DNA of 34,314 nt from an uncultured Actinomycetes bacterium (GTDB lineage: Bacteria > Actinomycetota > Actinomycetes > Nanopelagicales > Nanopelagicaceae), in the NCBI GenBank assembly GCA_903922325.1, contig CAIXTG010000180.1:1-34314 (forward strand), in the 5' to 3' direction. Below, in pieces: positions 8,524 to 18,583 of the stretch. The notes beneath the pieces were generated by a model. That model was not told the origin of the DNA, ran no database searches, and saw nothing but the letters and a program-made list of their open reading frames with translations. How positions within the stretch are numbered: position 1 is the stretch's first letter; each line of letters begins with the position of its first letter. A program made the translations under genes and the position numbers.

Positions 8524-10135
8524 TTCGATACGAGTAACCCTGTTCAGCTAAGAAACGTTGACGGTTTTGTGCAAAGTCTTGATCGACAGTGTCACGCGAA
8601 ACCACTGAATAAAATATTGCACCACGGCCATCTGATTTAGGGCGCAAGATGCGACCTAACCGCTGAGCTTCTTCTTGGCGAGAACCAAAAGCACCAGATA
8701 CTTGAATCGCAATCGTGGCATCAGGTAAATCAATTGAGAAGTTAGCAACTTTAGAAACAACTAGACACTTGATTTCACCAGTACGAAATAGTGCAAATAA
8801 ACGTTCGCGTTCTTTAACAGGGGTGTCGCCCTTAATGAGCGGGACACCGAGCACTTCAGATAGTTCATCAAGCTGTGAAATGTATTGGCCAATTACTAAT
8901 ACCTGATCAGCCGCATGGCGTTCAACCAACGCTTCGACAACTTTACGTTTTGTGGCAGTAGTTGAGCAGTAGCGATAACGTTCTTCAGGCTCAGCCGTTG
9001 CGTACAACATACGTTCAGATTCAGTCAGATTTACGCGTACTTCAACGCATTCGGCTGGGGCGATATAGCCCTGAGATTCAATTTCTTTCCAGGGCACATC
9101 AAAACGTTTCGGCCCAATTAGGCTGAAAACTTCGCCTTCCATGCCATCTTCACGTACGAGCGTCGCAGTCAAACCTAAGCGACGACGCGATTGAATATCG
9201 GCAGTAAAACGGAAAATTGGCGCCGGCAATAGGTGCACTTCGTCGTAAATAATTAAACCCCAGTCATGCGTATCAAAGAGATCTAAGTGCGCGTAAACAC
9301 CATTCTTTTTCTTGGTCATAACTTGATAGGTGGCAATAGTTACTGGTCTGATCTCTTTTTTAGCGCCCGAATACTCACCAATTTCATCTTCATTTAGCGT
9401 GGTGCGCTTTAGCAATTCATCTCGCCACTGACGGGCTGCAACTGTATTTGTCACCAAAATTAAAGTTGTGGCTTTGGCGTGTGCCATTGCCGCTGCACCA
9501 ACAATAGTTTTTCCAGCTCCACAAGGAAGCACTACAACGCCAGAGCCGCCATGCCAAAAACCTTCCGCAGCTAGTTCTTGGTAAGGACGAATTTTCCAAT
9601 CCTTTTGAACCAAGGCAATTTCATGTGCTTGTCCGTCGACGTAACCTGCAAAGTCTTCAGCTGGCCAACCTAGACGCAATAGCGATTGTTTAATTGCACC
9701 GCGTTGGCTGGGATGAACAGCCACAGTTTCTTTATCAATGCGAACACCTAGAAGTGGTGCAATTTTCTTGGCCCGAATAACTTCTTCAAGAACTGCACTG
9801 TCTTTGGTAATTAAAATTAGTCCATGAACTGGGTCAGCTTCTAGTCGCAAGCGACCGTAACGCGACATAGTCTCGGCAACGTCAACTAACAATGAATGAG
9901 GAACGGCATAACGAGAGTACTTAATTAAAGTATCAATTACTTGTTCAGCATCGTGGCCAGCAGCACGCGCATTCCACAAACCTAAATTAGTCAGCCGATA
10001 AGTATGAATGTGTTCAGGCGAGCGTTCTAGTTCAGCAAAAGGGGCGATAGCTCGTCGACATTCAACAGAACCCGGATGATCGATATCTAAGAGCAGCGTT
10101 TTATCGCTCTGGACAATCAGCGGGCCATCAGTCAT
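8486..10135 (-). CDS. DNA repair helicase XPB (Ssl2/ERCC3-like, Rv0861c-like)
   Basis: MTDGPLIVQSDKTLLL N-terminus, LPCGAGKT Walker A, YDEVH, GLTATLVREDG (RED motif), QRLGRILR. Confidence 0.96.
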   Translation of the reverse strand: MTDGPLIVQSDKTLLLDIDHPGSVECRRAIAPFAELERSPEHIHTYRLTNLGLWNARAAGHDAEQVIDTLIKYSRYAVPHSLLVDVAETMSRYGRLRLEADPVHGLILITKDSAVLEEVIRAKKIAPLLGVRIDKETVAVHPSQRGAIKQSLLRLGWPAEDFAGYVDGQAHEIALVQKDWKIRPYQELAAEGFWHGGSGVVVLPCGAGKTIVGAAAMAHAKATTLILVTNTVAARQWRDELLKRTTLNEDEIGEYSGAKKEIRPVTIATYQVMTKKKNGVYAHLDLFDTHDWGLIIYDEVHLLPAPIFRFTADIQSRRRLGLTATLVREDGMEGEVFSLIGPKRFDVPWKEIESQGYIAPAECVEVRVNLTESERMLYATAEPEERYRYCSTTATKRKVVEALVERHAADQVLVIGQYISQLDELSEVLGVPLIKGDTPVKERERLFALFRTGEIKCLVVSKVANFSIDLPDATIAIQVSGAFGSRQEEAQRLGRILRPKSDGRGAIFYSVVSRDTVDQDFAQNRQRFLAEQGYSYRIIDADDVFQGKI

Positions 10136-11243
10136 TTAATAGATCCTTAATAAAGGCGTGCAGGAAGTCAGTTCGTTGGTGCATTGCGCTAACACTTGCC
10201 CATTCAGTTAGCGCATGTGCGCCGCCACCAATTGCGCCTAAGCCATCTAGCACTTGGGCACCAGCAGCAGCTGCAAAGTTGCCATCGCTGGCACCGCCAA
10301 CTGAGGCATGACCAAGTGCTGGAATTCCGATTGTTGCGGCAACTTTCTCGGCTCGCTCGTAAAGGGCTTTGGTGGCAGCCGGTTCTAGTGGCGGACGATT
10401 TAAACCACCAACAACTTCAATTCGAGCAGCTGGATTCTTTGGCTGCAGCGCTTTTATGGCTGCATCAACACGAAGTAGTTCATTTGTTGAATATGAACGC
10501 GCATCAATATCTAGTACAGCTAAATCTGGAACTGAATTAGTAGTTGTGCCAGCGCTTAGCATGGTTGGAACAACTGTGGTTCCGTGTTCAGAATTTTCAA
10601 GGGCTGCCAGTTGTAAAACTAAGTGCGAAATTTCAACGGTTGAGTTAATTCCATTTTCGGGCTCAAGACCAGCATGAGCCGCACGACCATGTACTTTAAC
10701 TTGGTACATCGAAGTTCCTTTGCGACCAGTTTTAACTTTGCCATCTAGTGATGCCTCAAGAACTAAAACGGCTTTAGCATTTTGCGAAAGTTCTTTAATC
10801 AAATTACGTGATGCGTGACTACCGGTTTCTTCATCAGTGGTTGCAACTAGCGCAACTGATCCTTCGATGCCCTTAAGAGCGAAGAGCGCTTGCAAGAAGC
10901 CAACTTTCATATCAAAAGTTCCGGGCCCACGAATAACATCGCCCTTGATTTCAAATAACGGTTGGTATGAACCTTTTGGCCAAACCGTATCTAAATGAGC
11001 AAGCAAAACAATCTCGGGTTTAGCGTCGCCCCACCAGAAAACTGGACGACCTTCAATTTCGCGGATCTGCGCAGGTGTTCCTAAAACTTCTGCTGCAATT
11101 GAACTAGCAACTTCGACAACTTCACGGCAAGCAGCGAGATCTTCGGTGGGGGATTCACATCGAACTAAGGTCTCGAGAGAGCTAAGCATTAGGTCGGACA
11201 TAGGGTTAAGTCTGCCGTATTCGGCACTTTGGGCGTCGGTCAT
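10128..11243 (-). CDS. M20-family metallopeptidase (carboxypeptidase G2-like)
   Basis: Metal ligands HLDTV, GTFDMK, DEETG, VLE and C-terminal GGAH; dimerisation domain GRAAHAG. The start is either 11243 (ATGA overlap with upstream gene) or 11201 (CAGACT-N7-ATG). Confidence 0.9.
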   Translation of the reverse strand: MTDAQSAEYGRLNPMSDLMLSSLETLVRCESPTEDLAACREVVEVASSIAAEVLGTPAQIREIEGRPVFWWGDAKPEIVLLAHLDTVWPKGSYQPLFEIKGDVIRGPGTFDMKVGFLQALFALKGIEGSVALVATTDEETGSHASRNLIKELSQNAKAVLVLEASLDGKVKTGRKGTSMYQVKVHGRAAHAGLEPENGINSTVEISHLVLQLAALENSEHGTTVVPTMLSAGTTTNSVPDLAVLDIDARSYSTNELLRVDAAIKALQPKNPAARIEVVGGLNRPPLEPAATKALYERAEKVAATIGIPALGHASVGGASDGNFAAAAGAQVLDGLGAIGGGAHALTEWASVSAMHQRTDFLHAFIKDLLND

Positions 11244-13435
11244 AGCGGTGCGACCCCCGTAATACGCGGGATTCGAAAGCTTTGCATCTCGCCTGTGGCA
11301 TGGTCTCGAGCCACTAAAGCACCTGCCGAGATTTTTATTGGGTCAACGATGCGATGCGAAACGGAGCCATTGTTATCAGCGTAACCAATTGAAAGTGCTT
11401 GTTGTTTCTCGACATAAATCGCCAGCAGATCCATAGTTTCATTTGCAGTAGTTCGCGGCAATGAACCAAGAGCGTTTGCGGCCGAGTCACGAATTTTGCT
11501 CTGCTTGTGACTTGATTTCTCGCCAGCTCTAATTGAACGCACTGCAGCTGCAAGAGTTGACTCTGTTGGTGAATCAATTTCGCCAATCACCCGTGGTGGT
11601 TTTGGTTTAGCTTTTGCGCGATGAGAACGATGTCCGGTTATTAAGGCGCCATTACTTGCTTCAGCGGCTGGTAAGTAACCCGCATTGCGCAAAACGTTCA
11701 TGGCATCAGCGGCATCTAAGTCACAAATCAAAACTTCGGAAGCAATTTTTCTTAGCGAAAGCACATCAAGTCGCTTGTCACTCATGATTTGTGCAATCAG
11801 TGAAGTGTCTTCGCAACGGATAAAGCTGGAAGTATTGCCTACGCGTAACTTTCCATGTTTCTTTGCCACATCGACAATTAAGTATTCCAGCGGTTGTGGC
11901 ATTGGAGTTTTTGAAGTCTTAACTAAGAAGGTGCGAATTTCTTCGCCACTTTTGCCGTGATCAAGCCCGCGACGAATTGATGCTTCACTGAAACGGTAAA
12001 CAGTTGCGCCGCCTCGACTTTCAATGTCAGCGACCGCGGAAAGATCACGCGCAATGTCATGCTCGAGCGGTCCTGGTGCAATTGCAGTGTTATCGCTTTG
12101 AATCAATATATGGTCAACCGGTTTTGGTAGATCGGTATCAATGCCAATTTCATCGGCGCCAGACATAAATGCGCGACCGTATTTAGCTGATGCACCTTGG
12201 CCGGTGAAGCCCAACCATTCCGCTTCGCGCAGCGTCCAGGCAATAAGTTCTTCTTGAATGCCCGGATTACGCTTACTTGGCGCGATCCATTTAATTGTGC
12301 GGGTAAAGCTAGCTAGATCTGGAGCCAAGTTTGGTTGTTCATTAAGCAAATTAATTACCAATTTACGGGTGCTTGCCGCATTCACGCGATCGATCTCGGG
12401 GCCAAGGGCTGCAACGCTCTTTGCTTCGCCGCGACCAACTAGGCCACTAACGCGAGAAGTTGTTAACCAATTTGCAGCTAGAGCGCTCCAACGAGTTTCG
12501 GCGCTTTGAGTTAACCAAATATCAAAGTTATTACTTGGCAAGATGCGATCATCGCCATCAATTGTTAATAAACCAGCAAGGTAAGAAAGTTCGGCAATAA
12601 AGGCCGCACAATTTTCATCGATTCCGATATGTGCTGAGATTAATTTAAGGTCACGAACACCGAGGCCACCAGAGCGCAATGCGTCGGCTGGTTCTTGGGC
12701 CCAGAAGTGAAGTAGTTCCTCAACCCAACCAAGCACTGTTGCGACGTTTGCAGCAGCAGCCATGTTTACAGATTTTTCAACTCGCTTAGTTCCGGTTACA
12801 GCTGGTGCAGTGCTTTCGTAACTCTTATGAACTTTTCCGCCGCGTAAGAAAATTCCAACTTCGCGCGGCATAATTACAGTGCGCTGATCAAGCGGAACTA
12901 AAAACTTGCGATCGAGCAGCCAAGCAATTCCTGGACCAGGATTCTTAATATCACCGACGCTTCCGCGAGGTGGCCCCCAAACTAATTGAGTAAGCACTCG
13001 ATTAGCAGCCTCTGGTGCTTCGTTTAATTCAGTTAACTTTAATTTTGCAAGAGAAGCGGGGCCAAGACCTGCTGGTTCATTAATTAAGAGTTGGCTTACT
13101 GAAGTAGGAAGTCGCAAACCTTTTTCAGTTGGATATAGAAGTCCAAAAGTTATAAGTCGCGCAACAGCGATGGATGCATCCTTGTGGGTAATTGAAATAA
13201 CGTTTTTAAGCGTAAATTCTTCATCTAGAGCTACGCAAGCTTCGAGAATTTGAAATTCAAACTCGGTTAGCGAATCAATTGCGCGTGCGATGCTGTGCGA
13301 AGATGACGCCCGCACTGCAAGGGAAGCTAAATCTGGCGGAACCGGTGAAACTAAATCGGGGCGAGCAGCGAAAAGCTCAGATAAACCGGCATCGTCGAGC
13401 GAGCGCAGATAATCAGTAAATGAGCGAATTTCCAT
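11240..13435 (-). CDS. XPB-associated protein with Helicase_C_3 domain and C-terminal WYL-like domain (Rv0862c-like)
   Basis: N-terminal LFAARPDL; ILIQSDNTAIAPGPL...ESRGGATVYRFSEASIRRGLD...PMPQPLEYLI; C-terminal IGYADNNGSVSHRIVDP...SFRIPRI. Confidence 0.9.
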   Translation of the reverse strand: MEIRSFTDYLRSLDDAGLSELFAARPDLVSPVPPDLASLAVRASSSHSIARAIDSLTEFEFQILEACVALDEEFTLKNVISITHKDASIAVARLITFGLLYPTEKGLRLPTSVSQLLINEPAGLGPASLAKLKLTELNEAPEAANRVLTQLVWGPPRGSVGDIKNPGPGIAWLLDRKFLVPLDQRTVIMPREVGIFLRGGKVHKSYESTAPAVTGTKRVEKSVNMAAAANVATVLGWVEELLHFWAQEPADALRSGGLGVRDLKLISAHIGIDENCAAFIAELSYLAGLLTIDGDDRILPSNNFDIWLTQSAETRWSALAANWLTTSRVSGLVGRGEAKSVAALGPEIDRVNAASTRKLVINLLNEQPNLAPDLASFTRTIKWIAPSKRNPGIQEELIAWTLREAEWLGFTGQGASAKYGRAFMSGADEIGIDTDLPKPVDHILIQSDNTAIAPGPLEHDIARDLSAVADIESRGGATVYRFSEASIRRGLDHGKSGEEIRTFLVKTSKTPMPQPLEYLIVDVAKKHGKLRVGNTSSFIRCEDTSLIAQIMSDKRLDVLSLRKIASEVLICDLDAADAMNVLRNAGYLPAAEASNGALITGHRSHRAKAKPKPPRVIGEIDSPTESTLAAAVRSIRAGEKSSHKQSKIRDSAANALGSLPRTTANETMDLLAIYVEKQQALSIGYADNNGSVSHRIVDPIKISAGALVARDHATGEMQSFRIPRITGVAPL

Positions 13436-13487
13436 AACCGTCCTACATTAGTGGAAGGAAGGTTGTTCCGCCTATTTAGGTTCGGGG

Positions 13488-14252
13488 CTAGCGAGATTTA
13501 CGAGGGCGTAACCAAGTTAAGCCAGCAGCCAATCGGCTAACCAGCGGCCCGAAAATCTGGCTGAATTTGCGGCCCCGGCGAAATTCGTGAATTGGCCAAC
13601 CTTCACTCATTGCTCGCAATTGCAATATGGCATCTGGGTTAATTGCATTTGGTTTTCCGACGGCTCGCAGCAATGGCAGATCATTATGGCTATCTGAATA
13701 TGAGTAACACTGCGATAGATCAAAATTTCGATCGGCGGCCAACTTGGTAATTGCCACCGCTTTTTCGGCACCGTGTAACAAATTACCTTCAAGTGTTCCG
13801 GTGTATTTTCCATCTTTGATGGTGGCTTTACTACCGAGGGCGCCAGTGAAACCTAAACGATTTGCAATCAGAATCGCCATATCTTCAGGAGCTGCAGTAA
13901 CTAGCCATACTTCTTCGCCATTTGCTAAATGTGAACCGGCAATATCTATCGTGCCTTGCCAAAGAGCTGGCGATACAAATTCGTCGTAAATTTCTTGACC
14001 GATAGCTTCAATCTCAGCAACATCATGGCCACCAATAAAATCAGTTGCCGCATTCTGAAATTTAATTATCTCTTCTTTATTTTCTTTGCCAGTTAAGCGA
14101 AATCTCAGGTTGGCTAAAACGAAGCGCGAAATGTCAGCTTTGGTAAAGAAACCGCGCTGGTACATGCCTCTTCCGAGAAAGTAGAGCGATGATCCATGGA
14201 TCAAGGTGTTATCTACATCGAAAAAGGCCGCTCGCTTTTGGGTGAGTGCCAT
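13488..14252 (-). CDS. HAD-IB family phosphatase (SerB1/Rv0505c-like)
   Basis: AAFFDVDNTL motif I, LVTA motif II, GAEK, YSDSHNDLPLL motif IV, AINPD. Confidence 0.92.
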   Translation of the reverse strand: MALTQKRAAFFDVDNTLIHGSSLYFLGRGMYQRGFFTKADISRFVLANLRFRLTGKENKEEIIKFQNAATDFIGGHDVAEIEAIGQEIYDEFVSPALWQGTIDIAGSHLANGEEVWLVTAAPEDMAILIANRLGFTGALGSKATIKDGKYTGTLEGNLLHGAEKAVAITKLAADRNFDLSQCYSYSDSHNDLPLLRAVGKPNAINPDAILQLRAMSEGWPIHEFRRGRKFSQIFGPLVSRLAAGLTWLRPRKSR

Positions 14253-14302
14253 GTCACTACCTTAGCGAGAGAACTGTAAATCCGACGCTTTATGCTTAGC
14301 GC
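14253..14302. promoter_or_regulatory. Divergent pair of leaderless promoters
   Basis: Minus strand TAAGGT (14259-14264)-N6-ATG; plus strand TATGCT (14291-14296)-N6-ATG. Confidence 0.6.
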
Positions 14303-14926
14303 ATGACTTCCACTGTTCATGTGATTCGCCATGGCGAGGTAGAGAATCCTCAGAAAATTCTGTATGGCCGTCAACCTGGTTGGCGATTATCAGAGCGCGG
14401 TCAAGCAATGGCTAGCACTCTAGGTGAATGGTCAAAAGCTATTGATCTAGGCGCACTTCATGTTTCACCGCTACAAAGAGCTCAAGAGACTGCAGCTCCA
14501 ATTGCAGCCGCACATAATATTTCTATTACGACTGATGATCGCTTAATCGAGGCAGCGAATATTTTTGAAGGAAAACCATTTGGCATTGGCGATGGGGTTT
14601 TAAAGCATCCATCAGCATGGCGCCATTTATATAACCCATGGAAACCATCTTGGGGCGAACCTTACGAGGAGCAAATTGCACGAATGTTGGCCGCAATCTT
14701 CGCTGCCAATAAAGCTGCAAATGGTAAAGATGCGATCTGCGTTTCGCATCAACTTCCAATCTGGATTTTGCGAAGTGCCATTGAAGGCCGTCGCTTGATT
14801 CATGATCCACGTAAACGCGAATGCTCGTTAGCTTCGGTTACCAGCATTCACTTTGATGATGAAGGTTTAATCTCAGGGCTTTCTTACTCCGAACCAGCGA
14901 AACACTTGTTGCCTCCAAAAAAATGA
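14303..14926 (+). CDS. Histidine phosphatase family protein (Rv0525-like)
   Basis: VIRHGE motif, SPLQRAQETA, VSHQLPI; usual first gene before ccsX-ccdA. Confidence 0.93.
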   Translation: MTSTVHVIRHGEVENPQKILYGRQPGWRLSERGQAMASTLGEWSKAIDLGALHVSPLQRAQETAAPIAAAHNISITTDDRLIEAANIFEGKPFGIGDGVLKHPSAWRHLYNPWKPSWGEPYEEQIARMLAAIFAANKAANGKDAICVSHQLPIWILRSAIEGRRLIHDPRKRECSLASVTSIHFDDEGLISGLSYSEPAKHLLPPKK

Positions 14927-15471
14927 TTCAAAACTTACGCCGAATAGTTCTTGTAGCAGTTAGCGCACTTCTTCTAACTAGCTGCGGAAATGGCGGGAGT
15001 TCAATTGCGCAAGAAAGTTATATTTCTGGAAATGGCGCCGTAACTTTTATTTCAGCTAGCGATCGAGCGTTGGCACCAAAACTCAGTGGTGACACTTTGT
15101 ATGGAACTAAATTTGATTTTGCAGGTAACAAAATTGCAGTAGTAAATGTTTGGGCTTCTTGGTGCTCACCTTGCCGAGCCGAAGTTCCTACTTTTATTGC
15201 GCTCTCAAAGAAGTATTCAGATGTTCAGTTCATGGGGATTCTCACTCGCGATAATTTGGCTAACGCTGAGGTTTTTGCCCGTCAATTAGCGGTTCCGTAC
15301 CCTAATTTCATTGACGATTCGTTGCTACTAGGCTTTCGTAACACGCTGCCCGCAAATGCAATTCCAACAACCGTGGTCATAGATAAGCAAGGCCGCGTAG
15401 CCGCTCGCATCTCTGGGCCCGCAACAGTCGGTGGGCTAAGTAGTTTAATTGAACGGTTAGTAGCCGAATGA
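14923..15471 (+). CDS. TlpA/ResA-like thiol-disulfide oxidoreductase lipoprotein (CcsX)
   Basis: Lipobox [22 protein letters not shown]; position in ccs operon. Confidence 0.92.
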   Translation: MIQNLRRIVLVAVSALLLTSCGNGGSSIAQESYISGNGAVTFISASDRALAPKLSGDTLYGTKFDFAGNKIAVVNVWASWCSPCRAEVPTFIALSKKYSDVQFMGILTRDNLANAEVFARQLAVPYPNFIDDSLLLGFRNTLPANAIPTTVVIDKQGRVAARISGPATVGGLSSLIERLVAE

Positions 15472-16193
15472 GAAACTTTGTAGTCGAACAAATATTTTCG
15501 GGGTATTTAATTATTGCGCTCCCGGTCGCAATGGTTGCGGGCTTACTTTCCTTCTTATCTCCCTGCGTTCTTCCGCTAGTGCCGGGATATATCTCATATG
15601 CAGCGGGCTTTAGTTCAAAACGAGGCCGGATTTTACTTGGCTCATCGCTATTTGTTTTGGGTTTTTCAACTCCCTTTGTTCTCTACGGTGCTTTGTTTGG
15701 CACCATCGGTTCTCGAATTACTCAATATGAAACTGGCATCACCCAAATTTTGGGCGTAGTAACTATTTTGATGGGTCTTATTTTCTTAGGGAAATTCCCA
15801 CTGATGCCAACGCTTCATCTTAAAAGTTCTGCTTTTGGCGGTTTAATCGGAGCTCCACTACTTGGCATTGCATTTGGAGTTGGTTGGACCCCATGCATCG
15901 GACCAGCACTTGCTGCAGTTCAAACTCTGGCTTTTCAAGAAAGTTCAGCACTACGAGGTGCGCTCTTATCAATTAGCTACTGCATTGGCTTAGGTCTGCC
16001 GTTTATTCTTTCAGGTCTTTTCTTAGATCGATCAGAGACACTGCGTAAGCTTTTGGTTCGTAACGGAAATTTAATCTCACTAATTGGTGGAACTTTCTTA
16101 ATCATTATTGGAACTCTTCAATTACTTGGGCTCTGGAATGACTTAATGATTTCACTACGCTCGATAATCTCTGACTTTGTGCCGGTGATCTAA
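15468..16193 (+). CDS. ccdA: Cytochrome c biogenesis protein CcdA
   Basis: [15 protein letters not shown] and GWTPCIGP motifs; multi-pass hydrophobic. Confidence 0.96.
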   Translation: MRNFVVEQIFSGYLIIALPVAMVAGLLSFLSPCVLPLVPGYISYAAGFSSKRGRILLGSSLFVLGFSTPFVLYGALFGTIGSRITQYETGITQILGVVTILMGLIFLGKFPLMPTLHLKSSAFGGLIGAPLLGIAFGVGWTPCIGPALAAVQTLAFQESSALRGALLSISYCIGLGLPFILSGLFLDRSETLRKLLVRNGNLISLIGGTFLIIIGTLQLLGLWNDLMISLRSIISDFVPVI

Positions 16194-17662
16194 TGAGTAC
16201 TGAAACCCAGATTCCTGAATTAGGCGCAGTTGGACTAGCAAGATATTTCTGGCGCCAACTAACCAGCATGCGCACCGCCCTCGTACTGCTGTTATTACTT
16301 GCTTTGGCAGCGATTCCGGGCTCGTTAATCCCGCAAAATGCCCAGAACCCAATGGCAGTATCTGATTATTTTGAAAAGCATAAAACGCTGGCCATCTGGT
16401 TTGAACGTTTTTCACTCTTTGATGTTTATTCATCACCTTGGTTTAGTGCGATTTATATTTTGCTCTTTATCTCGTTAATCGGTTGTGTTTTGCCCAGATC
16501 GTTTGAACATTTGCAGGCATCGCGGGCGTTACCACCTAAGACACCTAAGAACTTAGCGAGATTAGAACATTTTGAATCATGGTCAGCTAATGGAAACGAA
16601 TTAGATACTGCTAAGGCCTGGCTAAAAGCTAAACGGTTTAGAGTTCTAGAAAGCGACGAGAGCATCTCTGCAGAAAAAGGTTACTTACGGGAAACTGGAA
16701 ATCTTTTCTTTCATATTTCGCTGATTCTTATTTTGATTGGCGTTCTTATTGGTGGCTTGTTTGGAGTTCGGGGAAGCGCGATTTTGAGCCAAGGCGAACG
16801 CTTTGTTAATAACGCAACTTCGTATGACACGATTAGTTTCGGTCAGATTACTAGAGAGAATTCGTTACCGCCATTTACGATCAAAGTAGATAAATTTGTT
16901 GCCAAGTACAACACTTTGACAAGTGCTCCTGAAGATTACACGCTTTACGTAACAACAGTTGCCGAACCTGGTGCTACTCCAAAAAAGCAAGTTGTTAAAG
17001 TTAATAGTCCACTCACCTTTGGCAGTACCCGCGTTTATCTGCAAGCGAATGGATACTCCCCAATAGTCACGGTGCAAGATAAAATTGGCAATGTAACTTT
17101 TCAAGGGCCAGTTCCATTCTTGCCCCAAGATGCAAATTTGAGATCGATTGGTGCGATTAAAGTTCCAGACGGAGATCCGCAATTAGGTTTTGTATCCTCA
17201 TTTGTGCCAACTTATGCTCGAGGCGCAGATAAAAGCGCAATTTCAGTATTTCCTGAAGCTTTAGACCCCAAATTGCTCTTCTCTATTTGGCAAGGTGACT
17301 TAGGCCTAGATACCGGAAGACCACAGTCGGTTTATCGCATTGATACTTCAAATATGAAACAGATCGCGCTGGACTCCTTAAAACCTGGGGAGTTCCTGAA
17401 ATTTAGCGAAGGCACAATCACTTTTGAAGATGTGGTGCCGTGGGTAAACCTGCAGATAGTTAGCGATCCCGGCAAGAGTTATTCTCTAATCGGTGGCATA
17501 GTTGCGATCCTTGGCTTATTGGCTTCGCTCTTTACTAGACGCCGACGAATCTGGATTCGAGTTATAGATGGTGAAGTGCAAGTCGCCGGATTAGCTAAGA
17601 ACAGTGCACCTGGTTTGGAAATTGAGATGTCAGAATTTGTAGCTAAGTTGAAAGGAAAATAA
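16193..17662 (+). CDS. resB: Cytochrome c biogenesis protein ResB/Ccs1
   Basis: LTSMRTALVLL...AIPGSLIPQ, FDVYSSPWF, ETGNLFFH (conserved His), VNSPL, DPG. Confidence 0.95.
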   Translation: MSTETQIPELGAVGLARYFWRQLTSMRTALVLLLLLALAAIPGSLIPQNAQNPMAVSDYFEKHKTLAIWFERFSLFDVYSSPWFSAIYILLFISLIGCVLPRSFEHLQASRALPPKTPKNLARLEHFESWSANGNELDTAKAWLKAKRFRVLESDESISAEKGYLRETGNLFFHISLILILIGVLIGGLFGVRGSAILSQGERFVNNATSYDTISFGQITRENSLPPFTIKVDKFVAKYNTLTSAPEDYTLYVTTVAEPGATPKKQVVKVNSPLTFGSTRVYLQANGYSPIVTVQDKIGNVTFQGPVPFLPQDANLRSIGAIKVPDGDPQLGFVSSFVPTYARGADKSAISVFPEALDPKLLFSIWQGDLGLDTGRPQSVYRIDTSNMKQIALDSLKPGEFLKFSEGTITFEDVVPWVNLQIVSDPGKSYSLIGGIVAILGLLASLFTRRRRIWIRVIDGEVQVAGLAKNSAPGLEIEMSEFVAKLKGK

Positions 17663-18580
17663 GTGTCAGCACAAGATTGGGCGTACTTATCAAATTACGC
17701 GATCTATTCCGCAATGGTGCTCTTTACTCTTGCTTTCTTTGGCCATGCATATGAAACTGCTTGGGCAGTTCGTACTCCAATAGCTTCAGCTGAAACCGAA
17801 GGTAATCTTGTTGCCAAAACTTTTGATAATTCACGAACTCAGAAAGCAATGCGAATTGCAACTGCGATGATGATTCTTGGTTTTGCATTTCTATTCTTCG
17901 GCGTAATTGCTCGAGGAATATCTGCGGGCCGAGTGCCTTGGGGCAACATGTATGAGTTCTCAATTACTGGCGCTTTAGCGTTTACCGGTGCCTATCTATT
18001 TGCACTCCGCAAATATGATCTGCGATGGCTTGGTGTTTTGGTTTCGTTCTCAGTCCTCTTAACTCTCGGAACTGCGATTACTTTGCTTTATCGACCAAGT
18101 GCACCGCTAGTTCCAGCGCTTAAATCAACTTGGTTGGTGATTCACGTATCTGCTGCGATTATTTCGGGTGGAGTTTTCTTGCTTGCGAATGTAATTGCTG
18201 CGGCTTATCTCTACTTGGACAATATGGAGAGCAAAGGGCCTCGTAAGGTTTGGGCACAACGCCTGCCATCTCTTGAAGTACTAGATCAACTTTCATATCG
18301 CTTGGTTGCATTTGTATTTCCACTCTGGACTTTTGCAGTTATTGCTGGCGCAATTTGGGCCGAAAGCGCATGGGGCCGTTATTGGGGCTGGGATCCAAAA
18401 GAAACTTGGGCCTTCATTACTTGGGTTGCTTACGCGGCATATCTACATGCGCGTGTAACTGTGGGCTGGCGTGGTCGCCGTGCAGCTTGGCTTTGCTTAC
18501 TAGCCGGATCAACTTTCTTGTTTAATTACGTTTATGTAAATGTTTGGGGAACCGGAAAGCACACTTACTCTGGTCTTTAA
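17663..18580 (+). CDS. ccsA: Cytochrome c assembly protein ResC/CcsA (WWD domain)
   Basis: PWGNMYEF, LVPALKSTWLVIHV, WAESAWGRYWGWDPKETW, YLHAR, C-terminal HTY. Confidence 0.96.
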   Translation: MSAQDWAYLSNYAIYSAMVLFTLAFFGHAYETAWAVRTPIASAETEGNLVAKTFDNSRTQKAMRIATAMMILGFAFLFFGVIARGISAGRVPWGNMYEFSITGALAFTGAYLFALRKYDLRWLGVLVSFSVLLTLGTAITLLYRPSAPLVPALKSTWLVIHVSAAIISGGVFLLANVIAAAYLYLDNMESKGPRKVWAQRLPSLEVLDQLSYRLVAFVFPLWTFAVIAGAIWAESAWGRYWGWDPKETWAFITWVAYAAYLHARVTVGWRGRRAAWLCLLAGSTFLFNYVYVNVWGTGKHTYSGL

Positions 18581-18583
18581 GTT

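Noticed and set aside
8486-13435. Helicase plus WYL-domain protein as an anti-phage defence system
   Set aside because: Both match the conserved actinobacterial XPB pair; no nuclease, methylase or mobility gene is nearby.
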